A stretch of 64,000 nt of DNA from Escherichia phage UP19: the sequence record OX638288. The stretch is one strand, 5' to 3'. Below, piece after piece: positions 9,577 to 18,402 of the stretch. The translations under genes were made by a program, and so were the position numbers. The first letter of the stretch is position 1; every line of letters begins with the position of its first letter. The notes under the pieces were generated by a model, which saw nothing but the letters and a program-made list of their open reading frames with translations, was not told where the DNA came from and made no database searches.

Positions 9577-9608
9577 AATAATACGAAAACAAACTGGAGA
9601 ATAAAATG
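9564..9608 (+). repeat. 45-nt leader repeat copy B
   Basis: 44/45 identical to 9158-9202; ends in start codon of ORF 9606. Confidence 0.9.
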
Positions 9609-9971
9609 AACTACATCAACTTCGAACGTAAATATGTTTCTAACGGTAACGCTGGTTCTTCTGAAGTTATTTGTCTGTGGAAACACAACAACGGCACAGT
9701 GTGCGAAATCGAACAGTGCATGACTCCTAACTACGTTTATATGCGCTTTGAAAATGGTATCACGGTTTCAATCACTATGGAAGGTTCTACTTTTAAAATC
9801 GCTTTGGATGATGATTTCCGTCAACGTGATTTAGGCACCCATCCTTGCTGGAACGGTGATAATCGTAAGCTTCTGGTTAAAACCTGGATTCGTCACATCC
9901 TGAGCAACCGTGCTAAACCTGAACACCTGGAAGCAATCTTTGTTGTAGTTCTGAATGAATTTGATATCTAA
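9606..9971 (+). CDS. hypothetical protein
   Basis: 121-aa ORF behind leader copy B; unrelated in sequence to ORF 9200. Confidence 0.55.
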   Translation: MNYINFERKYVSNGNAGSSEVICLWKHNNGTVCEIEQCMTPNYVYMRFENGITVSITMEGSTFKIALDDDFRQRDLGTHPCWNGDNRKLLVKTWIRHILSNRAKPEHLEAIFVVVLNEFDI

Positions 9972-9981
9972 TCTTAAAAAT

Positions 9982-10000
9982 GGAGGCTTCGGCCTCCTTT
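9982..10000 (+). terminator. stem-loop GGAGGC-TTCG-GCCTCC + TTT (terminator or attenuator)
   Basis: 6-bp GC stem with TTCG loop right after stop of ORF 9606. Confidence 0.6.
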
Positions 10001-10012
10001 GAGGAAAATATT

Positions 10013-10300
10013 ATGTTTATGACCACTTATTTCGATACTCGTAAAAATTTCTGTGAAGTTGTTTTCTCTAAGGCAGGTAAAGATGTTCCTGCTGACAAAC
10101 AGCCTACTCGTGAATCCATTAAGGCCTATGCTGATGTGGTTTGTCCAGTAGAATTCCGTACAGTCAATGGTCGTGACACCCTAGCAATCACTAAGCTCAA
10201 CCGCGATATTAACATCGACCCAAGTGTCGCCCGCGAAGTCAATACTTCTGACATCTACGGCGGTAATGTTAAATCACATGGATTTCAGATGAGGTTCTAA
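10013..10300 (+). CDS. hypothetical protein
   Basis: 95-aa ORF from ATG 10013 with SD GAGG; the track's earlier start at 9980 lies inside the terminator hairpin. Confidence 0.5.
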   Translation: MFMTTYFDTRKNFCEVVFSKAGKDVPADKQPTRESIKAYADVVCPVEFRTVNGRDTLAITKLNRDINIDPSVAREVNTSDIYGGNVKSHGFQMRF

Positions 10301-10494
10301 TGCAACTATTCTTATCACAAACCGTTCAGTTAAAAGGTATAGGTATTCCTGGTATGATTTCAAAGGTTCTACCTGCTTTTAAAATTAACGGTAAAGTAAT
10401 TAAAGAAGCCTATGCAGTCCTGTGGGTCGACGGAACTGAAGACGTGCGCATGGGTTCTGAATTGTCTGTAATCAAATGTTTGAAGCGAGGATAA
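10300..10494 (+). CDS. hypothetical protein
   Basis: 64-aa ORF, coupled. Confidence 0.4.
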   Translation: MQLFLSQTVQLKGIGIPGMISKVLPAFKINGKVIKEAYAVLWVDGTEDVRMGSELSVIKCLKRG

Positions 10495-10495
10495 T

Positions 10496-10711
10496 ATGGT
10501 CAAGAAACTGATTCAGAAATTGTTAGGTACGGAAATGGTTGAAGTGACTTATCGTGTGACTGATGTTTCTCCTCATACGGCGGACCATTTAGAACCTTAT
10601 ATCATGACAATTAAAATGCCTAAACATGACGGTGGTTTATCCATTGAAGACCGACTGCCTGGTTATGGTTATTGGGCTGATGTCGAAATTATAAGTGTCA
10701 AAGATGTCTGA
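10496..10711 (+). CDS. hypothetical protein
   Basis: 71-aa ORF. Confidence 0.4.
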   Translation: MVKKLIQKLLGTEMVEVTYRVTDVSPHTADHLEPYIMTIKMPKHDGGLSIEDRLPGYGYWADVEIISVKDV

Positions 10712-11162
10712 GTTAGAAATTAGAAGTAACTTTCCGTGGCCATCATGCGCATTAAGTAACTTTGCTAAATGGCCATTCGTTATGGATGGTATCCAATTTG
10801 GTGGACTCGAAGGATTCCTCCAAGGGTGTAAGGTGAAAAATGTTGAACAACAAAGACGTATATTTAGGATGTCCGGGTTAGACGCGCAAAAAGCTGGACG
10901 AGCTTATGCTAGGGCTCAGGACCGTGGCACGTTGTTCTGGCTTGGGACCCCGTTTTCAAGATATTCCGAAGCATGGAAAGAGCTTTACGAAAGTGCGTAT
11001 TTTGAAGCAGCACTCCAGAACAAAGGATTCCGAGAAGCTTTACAAGCCACTAAAGGTAAGGTTTTAAAGCATTCAATGGCAAGCCACCTCAAAGAATGTG
11101 ATACAATACTAACTGAAAAAGAGTTTATCGACATCCTAAACAAATTGAGAGATTTATTATGA
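10695..11162 (+). CDS. NADAR / YbiA-like (DUF1768) domain protein; putative ADP-ribose or N-glycoside hydrolase
   Basis: 155 aa; motif ..LSNFAKWPFVMDGIQFGGLEGFLQGCK.. resembles the YbiA/NADAR signature (FSNFxxWP...SEHyFQAxK) as I recall it; no profile search run. Confidence 0.45.
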   Translation: MSKMSELEIRSNFPWPSCALSNFAKWPFVMDGIQFGGLEGFLQGCKVKNVEQQRRIFRMSGLDAQKAGRAYARAQDRGTLFWLGTPFSRYSEAWKELYESAYFEAALQNKGFREALQATKGKVLKHSMASHLKECDTILTEKEFIDILNKLRDLL

Positions 11163-11797
11163 AACCAGTTATCTTAACAGATATCGATGGAGTATGTTTA
11201 AGTTGGCAGTCCGGCTTGCCTTATTTCGCACAGAAATATAATTTGCCTTTAGAACATATTTTGAATATGATTCAGGACGAACGTTTCTTATCTCCAGGCG
11301 AACTGTTTAATTGTGACGACGAATTAGGCGCACGTTTAATCGAGAAATATAACCAGTCAGATTTTATTCGTTATCTGTCACCTTACATGGACGCATTAAA
11401 ACACATCAACAAGCTCAAAAAAGACTTCGATTTTGTAGCTGTGACTGCGCTAGGTGACTCAATCGATGCTCTGCTGAATAGACAATTCAATTTGAATGCT
11501 TTGTTCCCTGGCGCATTCAAGGAGATTCTGATGTGTGGTCATTCAGAATCAAAAGAAGACCTGTTCATAAGAGCTAAAAATACGTACGGCAAACGCATTA
11601 AGTTTTATGTTGATGATTTGGCCCACCACTGTGATGCCGCATCTAATATTCTCATGGATATCCAAGTCTATTGGTTAGCCCGTGGTGAACGCGACTTTAA
11701 ACCTAATTTAGCTGTAAAGGTTAATTCATGGGACGATATTGCAGCTATAGAATCCCTTCGTAATAATGCGGCCGTTGAATGGATTGCACGAGGTTAA
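11159..11797 (+). CDS. HAD-superfamily hydrolase (phosphatase/nucleotidase-like)
   Basis: 212 aa; N-terminal HAD motif I ..ILTDIDGV..; C-terminal acidic ..YVDD..; ATGA-coupled to the NADAR-like ORF. Confidence 0.55.
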   Translation: MKPVILTDIDGVCLSWQSGLPYFAQKYNLPLEHILNMIQDERFLSPGELFNCDDELGARLIEKYNQSDFIRYLSPYMDALKHINKLKKDFDFVAVTALGDSIDALLNRQFNLNALFPGAFKEILMCGHSESKEDLFIRAKNTYGKRIKFYVDDLAHHCDAASNILMDIQVYWLARGERDFKPNLAVKVNSWDDIAAIESLRNNAAVEWIARG

Positions 11798-11798
11798 T

Positions 11799-12062
11799 AT
11801 GTTTGTTGTTCATACAATTACTGACGGAACCCCTAAATCCCATGATTACGGAAACGTTAGACAATTCCTTCGATTGAACCCTGTATATTTCCAAGCCAAA
11901 GATGAAGATATCTTTATCCAATGTGTTCGGCGTGGATTTATGTATGTTACTGAATATGATATTAAAGATAAGCGTATTATTTCGTATCACAAAACTTTAA
12001 ATGAGCTTTTAGATGAAGTAGCTTATAATAGAAGTACACAAACTGTAAGGACGGTAAAATGA
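11799..12062 (+). CDS. hypothetical protein
   Basis: 87-aa ORF from ATG 11799 with SD GAGG. Confidence 0.45.
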   Translation: MFVVHTITDGTPKSHDYGNVRQFLRLNPVYFQAKDEDIFIQCVRRGFMYVTEYDIKDKRIISYHKTLNELLDEVAYNRSTQTVRTVK

Positions 12063-13582
12063 TTTTAGATATTTTGAACGAAATTGCGGCTATCGATTCT
12101 ACTAAAGCTAAAGAAGCTATTATTGCTCGTGAAAAGGATAACGAGCTTCTGAAACGTGTTTATCGTATGGCTTATACTCGTCGTCTGAACTACGGTATTA
12201 AAAAGTGGCCAGAACCTGGATTTACGTCTCAATCCTTTGGTATGATTACACTTGAAGACCTTCTTGATTTCGCTGAGTTCACACTAGCCACCCGTAAGAT
12301 TACAGGTAATGCGGCTATTGAAGAACTTGCCCAAATTATTGCAGATGCTAAGGGTCCAGACGCTGAGGTACTACGTCGTGTAATGATGCGCGACCTTGAA
12401 TGTGGCGCATCGATTTCTATTGCTAACAAGGTTTGGAAAGGTTTAATCCCTGAACAACCTCAAATGTTGGCTAGTTCTTATGACGAAGCTTTGATTAAGA
12501 AAAATATTAAATGGCCTGCGTTCGCCCAATTAAAAGCTGACGGTGCCCGTTGTTTTGCTGAAGTTCGTAACGATGGCGTAACATTCCTTACTCGTGGTGG
12601 TAATGAATACCAAGGGCTTAATCTTTTGGCTGCTGAATTAATGGCTATGACCGAAGAAGCTAGACAGCGCCATCCTAATGGTGTTATGATTGACGGCGAA
12701 TTAGTTTACCACACTCCTAAAGTAGAACCTAAAGCGTCTAATGATTTGTTTAGTATGTTTGATGAGGAACTTCCTGAATTAAGTAAAGCCAAGGAATTCC
12801 AAACTGTCGCCGATCGTTCTACTTCAAACGGGCTAGCTAACAAGGCTCTTCAAGGAACTATTACTCCAACCGAAGCCGCAGGTATGGTATTACAGGCGTG
12901 GGATTATGTCCCATTGGATGTCGTATATTCCGAAGGTAAAATTAAAGGCGATAAGTATGATGTACGCTTTGCAGCCTTAGAACTTATGGTTGCTCATAAT
13001 GTCGTATTGCATGGTACAACTCGTGTTGAAGCTATCGAAAACCAGTGGGTTAATAATCTTGACGAAGCTAAAGTCGTTTATAAGAAATATGTCGACCAAG
13101 GCCTGGAAGGTATTATCCTTAAGAACATGGACTCCTACTGGGAAAACCGCCGTTCTAAGAATCTTATCAAGTTCAAAGAAGTAATCGATATCGCTTTAGA
13201 AGTGGTAGGTTATTATGAACACTCTAAAGACCCAAACAAACTTGGTGGTGTCGAGCTAGTATCGCGGTGTCGTCGAATTACATCTGATTGTGGTTCAGGC
13301 TTTAAAGATACCACCCATAAGAAAGATAAATCAGGTAAAAAGGTATTGATTCCATTAGAAGACCGCCCTGATTTAGACCGTGAACTTCTTATGAAACAAG
13401 CTCGTGAAGGTAAGTTGATTGGACGTATTGCTGACTGTGAATGTAATGGTTGGGTTCATTCTAAAGGACGTACTGATACTGTAGGTATTTTCCTTCCAAT
13501 TATTAAAGGTTGGCGTTTCGATAAAACTGAAGCTGATACATTTGAAGATGTATTTAGTGATTGGTCTCAAACTGGACTATAA
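12059..13582 (+). CDS. 30: ATP-dependent DNA ligase (gene 30)
   Basis: 507 aa; N-terminus MILDILNEIAAIDSTKAKEAII..; ligase motif I ..LKADGAR..; matches T4 gp30. Confidence 0.95.
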   Translation: MILDILNEIAAIDSTKAKEAIIAREKDNELLKRVYRMAYTRRLNYGIKKWPEPGFTSQSFGMITLEDLLDFAEFTLATRKITGNAAIEELAQIIADAKGPDAEVLRRVMMRDLECGASISIANKVWKGLIPEQPQMLASSYDEALIKKNIKWPAFAQLKADGARCFAEVRNDGVTFLTRGGNEYQGLNLLAAELMAMTEEARQRHPNGVMIDGELVYHTPKVEPKASNDLFSMFDEELPELSKAKEFQTVADRSTSNGLANKALQGTITPTEAAGMVLQAWDYVPLDVVYSEGKIKGDKYDVRFAALELMVAHNVVLHGTTRVEAIENQWVNNLDEAKVVYKKYVDQGLEGIILKNMDSYWENRRSKNLIKFKEVIDIALEVVGYYEHSKDPNKLGGVELVSRCRRITSDCGSGFKDTTHKKDKSGKKVLIPLEDRPDLDRELLMKQAREGKLIGRIADCECNGWVHSKGRTDTVGIFLPIIKGWRFDKTEADTFEDVFSDWSQTGL

Positions 13583-13583
13583 T

Positions 13584-13754
13584 ATGAAAGCTTATTTAGA
13601 AACAATTGTTGTAACAAACACAAATAACACTGCGGCCTCTCAAATCATCCTAGAGTTTGAGGATGAAATAGCTTTTGCCGATTTTAAAGACGTGTTTGAC
13701 GGCTATGAAAAAGGCCCGACATTCGAAGTATATCGTACGTTGCTACCACTTTAA
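13584..13754 (+). CDS. hypothetical small protein (56 aa)
   Basis: ATG 13584 overlapping ligase stop; ends in terminator. Confidence 0.4.
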   Translation: MKAYLETIVVTNTNNTAASQIILEFEDEIAFADFKDVFDGYEKGPTFEVYRTLLPL

Positions 13755-13770
13755 GGCCTTCGGGCCTTTT
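13753..13770 (+). terminator. rho-independent terminator (AAGGCC-TTCG-GGCCTT + TTTT)
   Basis: 6-bp stem, TTCG loop, T-run. Confidence 0.7.
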
Positions 13771-13804
13771 ATGGCATAAATACGGTTATTAAAGAGGAAT
13801 TATT

Positions 13805-15892
13805 ATGACCGAACAATTGAATGAGGTGTTTGAGTCCGAAGGCACCCTGCCTACTGTAAACTTAAACCCAAAACTTAAAGTACCCCAGATTTGGAAGATT
13901 GGCGACGCCGAATCCCAATTAGTTGCTCGTATGGTATCTTATGCCTCTGAAGGCGATGCTATTAAACAGGTTAAATTAGGTGATAAATATGCCCACGTTA
14001 TTTTGATGAGTTTATCAGCTAAAGGTACTCCAGCCGAACTTAAAGGTGGATTAGGCCTTACTCCTATTGATGCTATTAATACCATTTTCGACGTAGTATT
14101 CGAACAAGTTAAAAAGCTTCGTATGGATGCTGTGATGTTCCGTTTTCCAACCAAGAAAATGAAAGGACAAGGACCTATTGTCCAACGGATTATCCAACGT
14201 TTGGTAGCACAGAAAACCGGTGGACGTTTTAAAGTAGTTCCAGCCATGTACCAATTTACCGGTAAACATACTTATATCCTAGTAGTGCGTAAACAAGCTG
14301 ATATCGAAGATATCAAAGGTATGCCTGGAATTAATGCCGAATTATATACTAAGGTAGATTCTGATGTTGGTGAAGTTTATATTTCTAAAAAAGAAGGCGC
14401 TCAGGTTACTAAAGAAACCGCTATTGCCGGCAGTATTGCTAAAGTTGAAGAACGTCGCACTGATAAAATGGTTATAACCAAGACTAAGATTTCTCGTCGT
14501 GCGATTGCGGCAAGCCAGTCATTAGAAGCAGACCGTAATGAAGGTGAATTATTTCAGAAATATGAACAAACTGCCAATGAGTTCAGTGCGCCTGCTACGG
14601 CGGAATTAATTCCACAAGCAGTCGAAGTTGAATTATCATTATCATCCGAAACAGCTAAGGATAAGCTGGCTACGGCTATTGATTTTAAAATTTATAATAC
14701 TATGGATGATTCATTTAAATTTGCGGATGAAGTTTCTTACGGTGATAAAATTAACTCTTCTTTAGAAAAATTTGTCAAAAAAATTAAAAATGAAAAAACC
14801 ACGTCAGTTAAAGCTTTAGCCGCCTTTGTTGAAGCTGCTAATGAAATCGCAGAATCTATTAAAAGTGATTGGTTTGAAGATTATAGAAAAGACAATTTCC
14901 ATTTGGAAAAAGAGATATTGAATGAAAACAGTGAAAGAGTATGGAAACAACGTAAGTCTTCATTCTTGTCTAAGATAATGTATACATACGCTATAGAATC
15001 AACTAGAGAAATTCTTAATATAACAACATCTCGAGACCCTAAACAATATACACTTGCAGAAAAACGAGCTATCAGAGAATACGCCTCTTCAGCTTATATT
15101 GATATTAACAATGTCCTTCTTGGCCGTTATAAACCGGGCTTTTATGAAGTTTTGGACGAAAGCGAAGTTAAACGTGCTATTGATGGAATGGATTCTGCCT
15201 TTAAAAATGGTGACCGTTTACCTGAAGGAATAATGGTTTATAGAGCACAATCTTTGCGCGCGCCTATCTACGAAGCATTAGTTAAAAATAAGGTATTCTA
15301 TTTTAGAAACTATGTTTCAACCTCATTGGCCCCAATCATTTTTGGTGGCTTTAAAGAGAATGCGGCTATTGGTCTTGCTTCCGATGATGTTCGAAAAGAA
15401 TTAAACATTGATAATAATGACGAAGGCGTTACCATCTCGGCTAGTCAAGTGCGTACACATATGTATGCGCCGGATCAAATCCGTGTTGATGTTGGCTGGG
15501 CTATTAGTGGCGCTCATAAGGTTAACGTGATTTATCCTGGCCAATTAAGCATGCATGCCAACGAAAAGGAAATAATTTTACCACGCGGGCTACTTGTAAA
15601 AATAGATAAAATCGTGGATGCATCAGCCAATACTGGTTCTGGGGCGGTGTCTAACAATAAATTTATTCAAGCTGAAGTTATGACATCAGATGAGCTTCAA
15701 GAATCTGTAGTGTATGATGGTGACGTACTAATGGAAACCGGCGAGTTGGTTGTGTATCAAGATGATTTCGATACTTCCGAAAGCCCTGTATCTTTTGATT
15801 CATTTGTTAAATCTACACGGTTTGATGTACTGCCTCTTTTGGCTTCATGCATAGACCTCTATGGCATCCCAGAAAAATTCATCCAAGGGTAA
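13805..15892 (+). CDS. alt: Alt-type ADP-ribosyltransferase, paralog 1 (virion-packaged, RNA-polymerase-modifying family)
   Basis: 695 aa; Alt-like N-terminus; C-terminal R-S-E ART signature (..YRAQS.. / ..VSTSL.. / ..EIILPRGL..). Confidence 0.9.
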   Translation: MTEQLNEVFESEGTLPTVNLNPKLKVPQIWKIGDAESQLVARMVSYASEGDAIKQVKLGDKYAHVILMSLSAKGTPAELKGGLGLTPIDAINTIFDVVFEQVKKLRMDAVMFRFPTKKMKGQGPIVQRIIQRLVAQKTGGRFKVVPAMYQFTGKHTYILVVRKQADIEDIKGMPGINAELYTKVDSDVGEVYISKKEGAQVTKETAIAGSIAKVEERRTDKMVITKTKISRRAIAASQSLEADRNEGELFQKYEQTANEFSAPATAELIPQAVEVELSLSSETAKDKLATAIDFKIYNTMDDSFKFADEVSYGDKINSSLEKFVKKIKNEKTTSVKALAAFVEAANEIAESIKSDWFEDYRKDNFHLEKEILNENSERVWKQRKSSFLSKIMYTYAIESTREILNITTSRDPKQYTLAEKRAIREYASSAYIDINNVLLGRYKPGFYEVLDESEVKRAIDGMDSAFKNGDRLPEGIMVYRAQSLRAPIYEALVKNKVFYFRNYVSTSLAPIIFGGFKENAAIGLASDDVRKELNIDNNDEGVTISASQVRTHMYAPDQIRVDVGWAISGAHKVNVIYPGQLSMHANEKEIILPRGLLVKIDKIVDASANTGSGAVSNNKFIQAEVMTSDELQESVVYDGDVLMETGELVVYQDDFDTSESPVSFDSFVKSTRFDVLPLLASCIDLYGIPEKFIQG

Positions 15893-15895
15893 ATA

Positions 15896-18019
15896 ATGGA
15901 AAATTTAAACGAGGTTTTTGATAGTGATTCCGCTAAAAACTATCCAGTAACAAATCTTAAACCAGGTTCCGGTATTCCACAGATTTTCTCTATCCAAGCA
16001 CCAGGTAATGATAATCTGGTTGCTCGTATGGTATCTTATGCGTCTCAAGGAGACGCTATTAAAATGGTTAAGCCTGGCGACAAATACGTTCATGTTATTT
16101 TGATGAGTTTGTCTAGCAAGGGTGCTCCGGCTGAACTCAAAGGTGGCCTTGGTTCTGACCCACTTGGTACACTGAATACTATTTTCGATACTGTATACGA
16201 ACAAGTAAACAAACTTAAAATGGATGCAGTTTTGTTCCGTTTCCCTACCAAGAAAATGAAAGGTAAGGGTCCTACCGTTCAGCGTGTATTAGCTCGTTTG
16301 GTGATGGCACGTACCGGTGGTAAGTTTAAAGTTGTCGATGATATGTTCCAGTTTAGTGGTAAACATACATACGTTCTTTTAGTACGTCGTGGTTCTAATA
16401 TCGAAGATATCAAGGGTATGCCTGAAATTGATGCCGATCTTTATACCAAGGTTGAGTCTAAAGTTGGCGAAGTTTATGTTTCTAAGAAAACAGGCCAGGC
16501 CGTAAGTAAGGTCGAAGCCGTAGCGGCATCTATCGCCCAGGTTGAAGAAAAACGTACCGATAAGGCTGTCATCTCTCGTACTAAGATTTCCCGTCGTATG
16601 GCTGCAGCAGCGCAGTATTCTACTTCCGAACCTGAAACTTTATCCCCTAAAGAATTGCAGGTTTATAATGAGTTTGAAGCTTCTGTACCTGTTCATTCGG
16701 CTGAAGGTCCTGAGAACGAAGGTATTGAACAGATTAGCCAGAACTTTAAAAAAGGTGCTATTACTAAAATGCGTCAGGCCTCTCAGTTTAAATCTAAGAG
16801 TGAGGACCTTGCCAACTTTAGATACACCATTGCTCTCACGCACGCTTTAATGACTGATAGTAAATTTAAACTAAATTATGCTAATAGAGATAAACAAGGG
16901 TTTGAAATTTACTCTAATAATATGGCATTTTTTAATACAGAAGTCGATAGACTTTTAAGTGGCCTTTCTCAAATCAATACTACCAATAGTCTGGATATTA
17001 TTAAGAGAATTGTTAATAACCTGAGCGCCCGTTTTCAGGGATCTCCTTCAGAGAAAGCATCCCGAATTGCTTTCGCTATGGAAGCCGTTTATAAACTGAT
17101 TAACGATTCTATTGGCGATGCGTATGCTTATTCAGGTGAGCTCATTAAACCTAAGGGCTTGACTAAAGACGAAAGCAATGCTATTATTGAATATTGCGCA
17201 GCTGAATATGCTCCTATGAACTTATTCCTTTTAGGTAAACCTGAATCCGAAAACAATACAACGGCTATTAAATTGATTAAGGATTTAGACTCAGCATTTA
17301 CTAAGGGTATTAAACTCCCTAAGGGTACTATTTTGTATCGTGGTCAGGATTTGCCATACAAAATTCTGCGTCATAATATCGATAACAAAACATTTTACTT
17401 TAAGAACTTTGTGTCAGCCTCATTAAAGCCTAACATCTTTGGTGAATTCGGTAAAAATTATATGGCCCTCGACAACCAAGCCGTTTTTGTTGGTGGTGAA
17501 GGTTCTTTATCCTCCGCTGATGAGTTGTTTAAATTGGCTAGTGGTAGTTCATCTGATGTGGGTGAAGTCGATGACGAAGAGGTAGAATGGGAAGAAGACG
17601 AGTTTGGTAATCCAATTGCACCTGAAGGCCCTGCAGACAGGATTGCTGAAATCGGTATGGTTATTCGAGGTGCTGAAGCAGTTAAAGTTATCGCTCCTGG
17701 CGACCTTACAGAATATGCTGAAGAAGCAGAAATTATCCTTCCGCGTGGATTATTGATGAAGGTTGATAAAGTAGCGGCTTTTGCTATGAATGATAGGGTA
17801 TCTCACAAATACCTTATGGAAGCTACAGTGACGTCTCCTTCAGAACTCAGTGAATCCGTTTACGATGGCGACCATCTGATGGAAACTGGCGAAGTTAAAT
17901 TGATGAATGGGTTTAAAGAATTCCTAGTTTCAGAATCTGTTTCAGAAAGTAATGAGGCTATGGAAATCCTTGCTGCATCTTTGGACATCTCTTCTTTATC
18001 AAATAAATTCAAAATGTAG
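15896..18019 (+). CDS. Alt-type ADP-ribosyltransferase, paralog 2
   Basis: 707 aa; N-terminal 150 aa closely similar to paralog 1, divergent middle, R-S-E signature retained (..YRGQD.. / ..VSASL.. / ..EIILPRGL..). Confidence 0.85.
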   Translation: MENLNEVFDSDSAKNYPVTNLKPGSGIPQIFSIQAPGNDNLVARMVSYASQGDAIKMVKPGDKYVHVILMSLSSKGAPAELKGGLGSDPLGTLNTIFDTVYEQVNKLKMDAVLFRFPTKKMKGKGPTVQRVLARLVMARTGGKFKVVDDMFQFSGKHTYVLLVRRGSNIEDIKGMPEIDADLYTKVESKVGEVYVSKKTGQAVSKVEAVAASIAQVEEKRTDKAVISRTKISRRMAAAAQYSTSEPETLSPKELQVYNEFEASVPVHSAEGPENEGIEQISQNFKKGAITKMRQASQFKSKSEDLANFRYTIALTHALMTDSKFKLNYANRDKQGFEIYSNNMAFFNTEVDRLLSGLSQINTTNSLDIIKRIVNNLSARFQGSPSEKASRIAFAMEAVYKLINDSIGDAYAYSGELIKPKGLTKDESNAIIEYCAAEYAPMNLFLLGKPESENNTTAIKLIKDLDSAFTKGIKLPKGTILYRGQDLPYKILRHNIDNKTFYFKNFVSASLKPNIFGEFGKNYMALDNQAVFVGGEGSLSSADELFKLASGSSSDVGEVDDEEVEWEEDEFGNPIAPEGPADRIAEIGMVIRGAEAVKVIAPGDLTEYAEEAEIILPRGLLMKVDKVAAFAMNDRVSHKYLMEATVTSPSELSESVYDGDHLMETGEVKLMNGFKEFLVSESVSESNEAMEILAASLDISSLSNKFKM

Positions 18020-18048
18020 TTTACAACACCACAAGGATGTGGTACTAT
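18019..18048 (+). promoter_or_regulatory. T4-type early promoter (GTTTAC 18019-18024, TACTAT 18043-18048) with hairpin ACCACA-AGGA-TGTGGT (18028-18043) in the spacer
   Basis: Seen directly; leader ..ACAAACATGAGGAG..ATG (18077). Confidence 0.5.
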
Positions 18049-18076
18049 TACCTTACACAAACATGAGGAGAACATT

Positions 18077-18367
18077 ATGAAATCTGCATTCCGTTTTAAT
18101 GGTCAGGAACTGGTAGTTGAAAACGTTATCCCTGCTTCTGAAGAGTTCGACAGTGCAGTCGGTAATGAATTACGTCGAGTTTTCGGCGAAGACAAACAGT
18201 TCGACTTACGTCCGGTTGAAAATTTTTCACAACCTGAGCAAACCGAAAATATCTTTAATGGCGTAGTAACCGGTCAGCTTGAATCTGAAGCTCCTATTTC
18301 TATCACAGTCTTTGTTAAAAAGCAACCACTAATGACCGCAGCAGGTTTTATCTCGTTCCGTAAATAA
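18077..18367 (+). CDS. hypothetical protein
   Basis: 96-aa ORF with SD GAGGAG; between alt and gene 54. Confidence 0.5.
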   Translation: MKSAFRFNGQELVVENVIPASEEFDSAVGNELRRVFGEDKQFDLRPVENFSQPEQTENIFNGVVTGQLESEAPISITVFVKKQPLMTAAGFISFRK

Positions 18368-18374
18368 ACCCCTA

Positions 18375-18401
18375 AAGGAGAGCGTAAGCTCTCCTTTTTT
18401 T
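18375..18401. terminator. bidirectional rho-independent terminator (AAAGGAGAGC-GTAA-GCTCTCCTTT + T7) between converging transcripts
   Basis: 10-bp stem flanked by A-run and T-run; separates plus-strand early block from minus-strand gene 54. Confidence 0.8.
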
Positions 18402-18402
18402 G

